Virus record (IMG/VR): IMGVR_UViG_3300047560_000921
Location: 1-64,000 of that record
Reading direction: 5' to 3' (one strand)
Length of the DNA stretch: 64,000 nt
This document shows positions 57,073 through 64,000 of the stretch, in pieces (positions within the stretch are counted from its first letter, which is position 1; every line of letters starts with the position of its first letter). A program made the translations under genes and the position numbers. A model generated the notes under the pieces. It was not told where the DNA came from. It ran no database searches and was given only the letters and a program-made list of their open reading frames with translations.

Positions 57073-57583
57073 AATGTTCATTCCACCACTGTGTGTTTTT
57101 AAATCCAACGGATCTAATAGGTCTCTTAAACGGCAACTTTAGTTTCCAAATCAAGTAAGAACTAAATGTGTTGCAGTTTGCTTTTAATAAATTAAACTCT
57201 GTAATAGGATAGCTTTTTGTTGCATACAATATGTCACTAAAGTCTACAGCAGGACAGCTATCAATGATTTTTACTTTGTGGCCAAACCAACGAGCATTGT
57301 ATACTCTGTTAGTGATATAAGGAGCACGTTCATAATAGTCCATGGTACCTGCATAGATAGCATTGCATTTTTGCACATCTAGCGTTTCTCGGTCTGTAAC
57401 TTCCGCAACAAACCAAACCCCGCGAGATTTATCATAGCAGGCTATAAACGAATGGGTACCGCCCAGCAACCCTTTAAGGTGCCAGGCAGTAGCGTGTAGA
57501 TAATATGTTTTCTCTGTGTCTAATATTAAATCAAAGTCTTGACTAATATCGCACTGTTTCCAATCTTTAAACAGCATGATCAA
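57056..57583 (-). CDS. permuted papain-like Cys hydrolase (DUF3750/PPPDE-like)
   Basis: N-terminal His 'GGTHSFI', 'RWFG', 'SYP', C-terminal nucleophile motif 'NCNTF'. Confidence 0.6.
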   Translation of the reverse strand: MIMLFKDWKQCDISQDFDLILDTEKTYYLHATAWHLKGLLGGTHSFIACYDKSRGVWFVAEVTDRETLDVQKCNAIYAGTMDYYERAPYITNRVYNARWFGHKVKIIDSCPAVDFSDILYATKSYPITEFNLLKANCNTFSSYLIWKLKLPFKRPIRSVGFKNTQWWNEHYGLKV

Positions 57584-58403
57584 ATTTTGTATAAGGGCTT
57601 GCTGGACTTTGTTCCATTTTGTAGTAGTTATCGTGCTGTCTGTCGTAAGCGGCTTTCCAGTTAACTACGTCGGTGTCCCAATCACCTGTTGGTGCAGGAT
57701 CATGTTGCATATAGTTGTTCTTGTCTTCACCTGCAACCATTACAGTTGATTCTGGTGCAATGTTTAAGATAGGCTTACATTCGGTACTTGCAAGAATCAT
57801 GCCCATAGCAACACGAGGAGTGCTAGCCATATTAGGACCAGAACCGTGAATAATATAAGGGCTGTGTAACAATACACTTCCTGCAGGTACTACAGTTTTA
57901 ACACGCTCCTTAGGTAGATCTTCGTCTACAGTTTGGCCACGCATTAGTAAGTTAGTATCTGTTTTAACGTCTTTGTGCTTACGCTGGAATACGCGATGAC
58001 TACCTTGTACATATTCAATGCTACCGTGTTCTTCTGTAACATCGTCGAAAGCAAACCATGCGGTAACTGCTAGGTGTTTATTATCAAAGTTCCAGTAAGT
58101 AGCGTCTTGATGGAAGCTGACGTCTTTGCCGTCGCCAGGCTTCTTAACCCAAAACAATGTGTCCCAACAATGAATGTTAGGACCGATGAGTTGTGTTAAT
58201 GCTTCTATAAGTTTAGGACTGCGGCTAATTTTATCAACGAACGGAAATAGTACATTACTCTTACAACGATAATCGCTGTTCATAAGATGTAGTTGTTCTT
58301 CGGCTTCTAATACTAGCTTTTTAAGTTCCAGGGCTTCTTCCCTGGACATAATTTCGATGGGCCCAACCCAACCATTGTTTTCAAATTGTTCTTTTAATGT
58401 CAT
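57567..58403 (-). CDS. Fe(II)/2-oxoglutarate dioxygenase, PhyH/EctD family
   Basis: 'FHQDATYW' (HxD), 'GSH', 'HGSGPN....R'. Confidence 0.9.
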   Translation of the reverse strand: MTLKEQFENNGWVGPIEIMSREEALELKKLVLEAEEQLHLMNSDYRCKSNVLFPFVDKISRSPKLIEALTQLIGPNIHCWDTLFWVKKPGDGKDVSFHQDATYWNFDNKHLAVTAWFAFDDVTEEHGSIEYVQGSHRVFQRKHKDVKTDTNLLMRGQTVDEDLPKERVKTVVPAGSVLLHSPYIIHGSGPNMASTPRVAMGMILASTECKPILNIAPESTVMVAGEDKNNYMQHDPAPTGDWDTDVVNWKAAYDRQHDNYYKMEQSPASPYTKFDHAV

Positions 58404-58855
58404 AATGTTTTTTCCATCCTAATAAAATCGGGCTTCATACCAACCGATGCACAACTGGCTTGACGCACTTTGTTGTCTACATGTACATGACTGGCAATAC
58501 GTTTGCTGCCTGCATTGCGTACGATTTGCTCAAAGTGTCTATGCATGATGTTATATAGGCCGCGACGTCGGAACCCGTCTTCTACACAACTGAATACAAT
58601 CCATGCAGTTTTGTAATTGTCTTCTAAAATGTCGTATACAATGTGCCCTGCTACTTGGCCGTTGATTTCTATATAAACAGCTTTGCTTTTGTTAGTGCCA
58701 AACATAAACGGATTTGAATGGCCTGCATCAATTAGCCCGGCATAATTACGCAAGAAAAACGGCATTACTGGACTGCCGCCAATTTGTTGTGCCATTTTAA
58801 TAGTCACATCTTGTCCAGTTTTGTCTTTTTCCGTTGCAATAGTTATGTCTGCCAT
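58400..58855 (-). CDS. GNAT acetyltransferase
   Basis: Motif A 'V...FRRRGLY', 'N' before the last helix, 'GM'; probable ATG 58855 just after the gp46 stop. Confidence 0.82.
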   Translation of the reverse strand: MADITIATEKDKTGQDVTIKMAQQIGGSPVMPFFLRNYAGLIDAGHSNPFMFGTNKSKAVYIEINGQVAGHIVYDILEDNYKTAWIVFSCVEDGFRRRGLYNIMHRHFEQIVRNAGSKRIASHVHVDNKVRQASCASVGMKPDFIRMEKTL

Positions 58856-58856
58856 G

Positions 58857-60632
58857 TTATACCTCAATCATATCTACGTCCAGACCAAATGTAGTAAACC
58901 CATTCTCTTTGGTAACTTGTAGGATTGTATTTACACGACTGACCAGTTCGTCTCTGTGACTGATTAAGAATATGTTTTTGCTTTGTTCACGTGCCATTTT
59001 CTTAAGGATGCCTAACGCACTGTCCACGCCGTTTGGATCCATACCGCTGTCAATCATTTCGTCGATGAACAAAATGTTAATAGGTGTGTTTAGACTTTCA
59101 TAAACATCGCGGAAGCTCCAGCTTAGTCCCAAGATTAAACGATTACGCTCGCCACGTGACAAATTGTCAAAGTCGAACTCTTGGCCCAGCTGACTAATAG
59201 TAACCGACAAGTCACTTTGGAACTTAACTTCATGTGGCAGTGCTAGTTTTTCTAAATAGTATTCTAGCCTATGGTTCAAGTAGCTTAAATTCTGCTCGAT
59301 AATTTTACGGCGAATAAAGCTGTCTTTGTTTGTTAACAGTTTAAGCAAGAACTCTTGGTGTTCAATTAGTCTTGTCAGTTCGTTAACTCTAGTCCAGTCT
59401 AGTTCAGACAATGCTGTTGCCTTAAGGTGATTAATTTGTTCATCGTAAGGATCGGTTTCTAACAGTTTGTTTTCTAACTGATTGTATGTATTGTCTAATG
59501 TAGTTTTGTGATTAATTGCATCGTCCAAACTAGCATACTTTAGAACAGGACATGCACCTAAGTCGCCCAGTGCAAGAATTGCATCGCTGGCTTCTTTTTC
59601 TAATGCTTGCTCTTTAGTTAGGTCTGTTTGGATCAAACTAACTGCTTCTTTAATTTCGTTAAGCATCGACTCTTGCTTTGAATCGTGGATGTCTTGCCCG
59701 CAAGCATGGCACTTGTGATCCTCAGCTTTAACTAATGCGTTGGTCAATTCGGTTAGTTGAATGGTTAAACGTTTTACTGCACTTTGGTGTGTGCTTAGGT
59801 CTTTGTTAAATCGCTTTAATTTGTTTTCTTTTTCGCGCCATGCTGTTACTAATTGGTGATTAGCAAGTTCAGCGTTAATGTCAATGTTTTCTAACTCTTC
59901 GATTACACGTTGCAACATAACAATGTCGTCTTCGTGCTTCTTAAGCCATACGCCACTGCGACGCTCTAAGTCTTCGATTGAAGTCTTAATCTTGTTATTG
60001 CTTTCTTGTTGAGCTTTGATGCGGAACTCTTCTTCTTTCAAAGAATCTCTGCTACCTTTAGTAAGCTCTTTAAGTATGTCAGCCTTTTCACTTAACAGTG
60101 TAATGCCCAACAACTGCTCGATAATGGCACGTTGGTCGTTGCTCTTCATACTCAGGAACGGCTCAGTAAAAGTATTAAGAGCTAGAATATGCTTAAACAT
60201 ATCATAGCTCATACCTAATACTTGTTCGATATGTTCCTGAGTTAGTCTGTTCTCACCCTGTCCCTCGTCGCTAGCGTTACCAGCAATCTCGCTTTCGTTG
60301 ACAATGAATTTGAAAATGTTAGGCTTGCGACCTCTTTCGATTCTGTACGTTGATCCGTTCTTTTCGAAGTCGATAGTAACCAGCATATTTTTGGCATTGG
60401 TTTTGTTAACAAGATTGTCTTTCCTAATGTTAGTAATAGCTTGACCATACAAGCCATAGCACAGTGCATTAACTAAAGTAGTTTTTCCTGTTCCGTTACG
60501 ACTACCGTCGCCGCCAAGGTCCATGTTATTACCTAGCACCAACGTTAGTCCGTGTTGATCCAATTGAACAGCTTGGGTCACATTGCCCACGCTCATAAAG
60601 TTTTTGATTGTTAGATTTTTAACTGTAATCAT
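58857..60632 (-). CDS. gp46: recombination endonuclease ATPase subunit (Rad50/SbcC-like)
   Basis: 'KNFMSVGN', NGTGKT, zinc hook CHAC, LSRGE, FIDE, ISH. Confidence 0.93.
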   Translation of the reverse strand: MITVKNLTIKNFMSVGNVTQAVQLDQHGLTLVLGNNMDLGGDGSRNGTGKTTLVNALCYGLYGQAITNIRKDNLVNKTNAKNMLVTIDFEKNGSTYRIERGRKPNIFKFIVNESEIAGNASDEGQGENRLTQEHIEQVLGMSYDMFKHILALNTFTEPFLSMKSNDQRAIIEQLLGITLLSEKADILKELTKGSRDSLKEEEFRIKAQQESNNKIKTSIEDLERRSGVWLKKHEDDIVMLQRVIEELENIDINAELANHQLVTAWREKENKLKRFNKDLSTHQSAVKRLTIQLTELTNALVKAEDHKCHACGQDIHDSKQESMLNEIKEAVSLIQTDLTKEQALEKEASDAILALGDLGACPVLKYASLDDAINHKTTLDNTYNQLENKLLETDPYDEQINHLKATALSELDWTRVNELTRLIEHQEFLLKLLTNKDSFIRRKIIEQNLSYLNHRLEYYLEKLALPHEVKFQSDLSVTISQLGQEFDFDNLSRGERNRLILGLSWSFRDVYESLNTPINILFIDEMIDSGMDPNGVDSALGILKKMAREQSKNIFLISHRDELVSRVNTILQVTKENGFTTFGLDVDMIEV

Positions 60633-60642
60633 GTCTTATAGT

Positions 60643-61662
60643 TTACTGCAATCCGTTGTAAATGTCAACGAGCAACTGTTTATCAATTACTTTGCTTTCA
60701 ATTGCTGTCAATTGGCCTAGCACAATAGTATCAACACTTTCGAAATGTATATCCCCGCCTTCCCATTCTGTTGCGTGGTCTTCTTTCTTACCTGGAATAA
60801 AACTAATTTCCCTCAGCTTGTATGTGTCCATAAAGTTTTCTTTAAGGAACGTACTTTCTTCGTAGCTAATGTCAACGTCAACAGTTACACGAATGAATGT
60901 GTTGTTGTTAAGATAGTAGTCGGGATTTTCAATTAGCTGTGTTAGTGTAACGTTTCTAAATCTAGGCTGCTGATCCCACGTTATGTATTCAGGCTTGCCG
61001 CCCCATTCCAATAACATCATACCGCGGTCATCGTCGCCAGCATCTGCATAGTTGTGCGGGAACGCATTACCAATGTAATGAATGTTACCGCGACTTTGAC
61101 GTTTGTGGAAATGTCCACTAAACACATATTCTTGATTAGGGAAATGTCCGCTGTTAAGTCCGCCATGATCCGGCATAGCAACCATGGCGTTCATGTAAAA
61201 GTTAGGAAGTTCAAAATGTCCAAACACATAACGTTCTTTCAAGTTACGCATCTTTGTCCATTCATCTTCTACAAGCCAAGGAATGATAGCAACATCACCT
61301 AACTGTAGTACTTCGTCTACCATAATAATGTTGTCAATGTTCTTGGCAAACGGCAAACTGTTAAGCTCTCGCTTTTCCCTATAGTACAAATCGTGGTTAC
61401 CGGTTATAAAGTAAACCTTTTCAAAGTTTTTGCTTAATGTTTCCAGGTTGTTAACAGTATAGTTTAAGGTACTAACGTTAACAGTGGCACGGTGATGATG
61501 CCAGTCACCTAAGAAGATACAAGTTTCTGCACCAGCTGCCTTGGCAGTTTCGCAAAACCAATTGATAAAGTTTTCACAGTCTTGGTTGTGTGCCCTGCTG
61601 TTTTGTCGCATACCAAAGTGTATGTCTGTAAAACACGCTACCTTTTTAAACAGTTGATCCAT
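60643..61662 (-). CDS. gp47: recombination endonuclease nuclease subunit (Mre11/SbcD-like)
   Basis: DIH, GDWHH, GNHD, GHF, GHFH; start MDQLFKK at 61662. Confidence 0.93.
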   Translation of the reverse strand: MDQLFKKVACFTDIHFGMRQNSRAHNQDCENFINWFCETAKAAGAETCIFLGDWHHHRATVNVSTLNYTVNNLETLSKNFEKVYFITGNHDLYYREKRELNSLPFAKNIDNIIMVDEVLQLGDVAIIPWLVEDEWTKMRNLKERYVFGHFELPNFYMNAMVAMPDHGGLNSGHFPNQEYVFSGHFHKRQSRGNIHYIGNAFPHNYADAGDDDRGMMLLEWGGKPEYITWDQQPRFRNVTLTQLIENPDYYLNNNTFIRVTVDVDISYEESTFLKENFMDTYKLREISFIPGKKEDHATEWEGGDIHFESVDTIVLGQLTAIESKVIDKQLLVDIYNGLQ

Positions 61663-61859
61663 TATACTAGTTCCTCTAGAATGCCTAAACATTCGGCAAG
61701 CATTAAGAATCCAGCTGTAACTTTAAGCCAAGAGGTCATTAGTTCTGGATTAGCGCCTGCTAAGAATAGTGTAACGCCTCCTGAAATACGTAGAAAACTT
61801 TTTAACAAACTAACATAAAAATGTCCGCGACTTGTATCTTTAGGTTGTACTTCAATCAT
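61662..61859 (-). CDS. small membrane protein (65 aa)
   Basis: Two hydrophobic segments; coupled at both ends. Confidence 0.65.
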   Translation of the reverse strand: MIEVQPKDTSRGHFYVSLLKSFLRISGGVTLFLAGANPELMTSWLKVTAGFLMLAECLGILEELV

Positions 61860-62796
61860 TTACTTCTCCCTCCGCTGCCTCAGTTTCGCCTTCAGTGGCT
61901 TCTGCTACAGCTTCTTCAGCTTCACGCAACGCATTATTGCGTTCACGTTCTTGTGACATTAGTGCTTCGTACTCTAGCTGTCTAGTATAGCTAGGCAGTT
62001 GTCCGCTGTCAATTAACAAGTCATCGCGGATAACTTGGTTTTTCTTTTCGATATTAAGAATACGTGTAAATGAGTTTGTAATCGCCGCAGTGTAGTAAGC
62101 AAACGGGTTTTCTGATTTTGATTCGTCAAACTGTAAACCAATTTGACTTAACTGTAGTAATGCTTGACCGCGCATTTCTTCTACGTAAGTGTAACCGCGC
62201 CAGTTGCTACGCATACTATAACGTTCGCAAAGTTTGATATACATTTGGGCTAAACCACGTGTAGTTTGTCCATGGTCAACACTAAATGATCCTGTAGCCA
62301 AATCGCCCTTCCAGTGACTGCGGGCAACTTCTTCCCATGCACCGTTAATTTTAGCAAAGTGCTTGTATGGTGGGAAATTTACTTTGCTGTGATAGTCAGA
62401 TGTAATCTTAGGCTTGTTTTTGCGCCCAGGCTCTTCGGGAATATGCCCAAACGTCATTAGTCTAATAACTAAGTCGTCGGCATTAATAGTTTCTGGATCT
62501 ACTTTGTGCTGAATAGCTTTTGGCCTTTCGCCCTTGCTGTTGCGTACTTCTTCCCATTCTTTAAGAGCGGCTTCGTGTGCTTTTACGCTGAGTACACTGG
62601 CTCTGTTAGCTTTTGCTTCAGCAATAACGCCGTTAGGGAATTTTTCAGTGGGAGTATCGTTAAAATCATTTAAATCACGTACAATAATGTCATATTGAAA
62701 GTATTCTGGGGCTTTGAGCCAGGAGTAAGTCATCTTACTTTTGTGAATTTCTTTAAGCAATTCTTTGTTGCTTAGATATATTTTAGGTGCGGTCAT
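61852..62796 (-). CDS. gp55: late transcription sigma factor (gp55-like)
   Basis: Start MTAPKIYLSNKELL; 'NWRGYTY.EEM', 'FD..KS.NPFAYYT....NSF.R....EKK'. Confidence 0.8.
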   Translation of the reverse strand: MTAPKIYLSNKELLKEIHKSKMTYSWLKAPEYFQYDIIVRDLNDFNDTPTEKFPNGVIAEAKANRASVLSVKAHEAALKEWEEVRNSKGERPKAIQHKVDPETINADDLVIRLMTFGHIPEEPGRKNKPKITSDYHSKVNFPPYKHFAKINGAWEEVARSHWKGDLATGSFSVDHGQTTRGLAQMYIKLCERYSMRSNWRGYTYVEEMRGQALLQLSQIGLQFDESKSENPFAYYTAAITNSFTRILNIEKKNQVIRDDLLIDSGQLPSYTRQLEYEALMSQERERNNALREAEEAVAEATEGETEAAEGEVND

Positions 62797-62802
62797 AAGG
62801 CT

Positions 62803-62832
62803 ATTGTAACAGTTATGCAGTACAAGAGTCAA
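62803..62832 (-). promoter_or_regulatory. sigma70-type promoter of the late sigma factor gene
   Basis: TTGACT-18-TACAAT with extended TG; palindrome ACAAGAGT-ca-ACTCTTGT (62822-62839) over the -35 box. Confidence 0.6.
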
Positions 62833-62894
62833 CTCTTGTCAACGTCAAAAACACCGTTTTTACTTGCCATAAATATTAGATAAGGATCCGTAAT

Positions 62895-63515
62895 ATGAGA
62901 TTTAGTCAAATTAGCAAAAACTTTGTAGTAGTATATCCAGGCCGTTTTCAGCCTTTCCACTTAGGGCACAGGGGTGTTTACGACCATTTAGTGCATCAGT
63001 TTGGTGCAAGTGCTGTGAGTATTGCTACCAGCGATAAAGTTGAATTGCCTAAAAGTCCGTTTAGTTTTGCGGAAAAGAAAGCATTAATGATGCTTACTGG
63101 TGTACCGGGCAATGCAATCGTACAGACTAAAAACCCATATCAAGCTCAAGAAATTACAGCACAGCACAATCCTGCAAAAGACGTTCTAGTATTTGCAGTG
63201 AGCCAAAAAGATATGGACGAAGATCCTAGGTTTAAGTTTGGCACTAAAAAGGACGGAAGTCCAAGCTATTTACAGCCTTTTAAGAAAGATTTCGATTTCG
63301 CAACGTTTGACAAGCATGGCTACGTTTATGTTGCGCCTACGGTACAATTTAAGATTCTGGGACAGGAAATTCAAAGCGCCAGTGAGATTAGACGCATGTT
63401 TGCAGAATCAGATACAGAAACAAAAATGAAGTTGTTTACTGAGTTGTTTGGGAAGTTTGACCAGCAGTTGTTTAATATGGTTGATGCTAAACTAGGAGCA
63501 ATCCAGCATGATTGA
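62895..63515 (+). CDS. cytidylyltransferase-like (HxGH) nucleotidyltransferase
   Basis: 'YPGRFQPFHLGH', 'PFSF.EK', 'SASEIR'; TAAATA at 62870-62875. Confidence 0.82.
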   Translation: MRFSQISKNFVVVYPGRFQPFHLGHRGVYDHLVHQFGASAVSIATSDKVELPKSPFSFAEKKALMMLTGVPGNAIVQTKNPYQAQEITAQHNPAKDVLVFAVSQKDMDEDPRFKFGTKKDGSPSYLQPFKKDFDFATFDKHGYVYVAPTVQFKILGQEIQSASEIRRMFAESDTETKMKLFTELFGKFDQQLFNMVDAKLGAIQHD

Positions 63516-64000
63516 TTATACAAAAAGAGTAGCATTGGCCAGCAAGAAAGGTGTTGCTGATCCATTGTTTACTAGTCCTATGCTTGCACCGCTAAAGCAG
63601 TTTGGCGGCGTAATGTTTCCTTACATGCCCGACATTCAATACGATGTGCGAGCAGTATGGGACCCACAGCCGTTAACACATACAAACTACGCACCTAACA
63701 TTTATCAAAGAACAGAAAACCCAAAGATAAGTATTAACAATGCTAAGTTTACAGCCAGTACAAAAGAAGAAGCAGAGTACATGGTTGCAGTTATGCATTT
63801 CTTTAAAACTGTAACTAAGATGCACTTTGGTGTAAACGACAGTTTACGTGGCAGTCCTCCTCCTGTACTAGAGTTTAGTGCGTATGGTCCTGCTATATTC
63901 CAAAGCGTTCCGGTAGTAATCAGTTCTGTAAACTACAGATACCCTAGTGATGTAGACTACACTCCAGTAGATACCCCAATCGGGCAAGTGGTTGTTCCTG
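63508..64000 (+). CDS. baseplate tube-cap/tube-initiator-like protein, truncated by window end (not in ORF track)
   Basis: ATG 63508 after AGGAG; MIDYTKRVAL...GVMFPYMP...HTNY...HFFKTVTKMHFG...GSPPPVLEFSAYG..F..VPVVI..V.Y.YP.DVDY. Confidence 0.7.
   Translation, partial: MIDYTKRVALASKKGVADPLFTSPMLAPLKQFGGVMFPYMPDIQYDVRAVWDPQPLTHTNYAPNIYQRTENPKISINNAKFTASTKEEAEYMVAVMHFFKTVTKMHFGVNDSLRGSPPPVLEFSAYGPAIFQSVPVVISSVNYRYPSDVDYTPVDTPIGQVVVP

Noticed and set aside
1-64000. CRISPR array, tRNA genes, inteins/introns in terminase, UvsX or capsid genes, stop-codon reassignment
   Set aside because: No regularly spaced repeat-spacer units or cloverleafs were seen; core proteins are of normal length and uninterrupted under the standard code

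Overview
This window is part of the genome of a large T4-related (gp23-type capsid, contractile tail) myophage, read with the standard genetic code. Most of it is the virion morphogenesis module on the minus strand: terminase, gp4-like nuclease, tube, sheath, neck gp13/14/15, seven Thr/Gly/Ser-rich fibre proteins, major capsid, scaffold, protease, portal and a probable tape measure. Recombination and replication genes are interleaved (uvsY, uvsX, gp32, dNMP kinase, gp46/47), along with a gp55-like late sigma factor. Two promoter classes are readable: near-consensus sigma70 promoters and T4-late-like TAAATA boxes. The main unexplained signals are: (1) a 475-nt ORF-free, densely structured minus-strand element (53389-53863), with minus-strand-only G-U pairs and a likely 8-bp pseudoknot, directly behind a stand-alone GIY-YIG nuclease, a candidate large ncRNA or nuclease-RNA system; (2) a translationally coupled six-gene tailoring cassette just upstream (GNAT, Fe/2OG dioxygenase, permuted papain-like Cys hydrolase, two SGGxDS adenylating enzymes, one unknown) with RiPP-like or modification logic; (3) a T-TTT-TTC -1 frameshift site joining the gp26-like and gp51-like ORFs; (4) early promoters embedded in inverted repeats that would hide the downstream RBS or start codon on read-through transcripts; (5) a late-expressed PD-(D/E)xK nuclease with a virion-protein-like N-terminus. 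All assignments come from motif recognition by eye; no database search or folding program was run.
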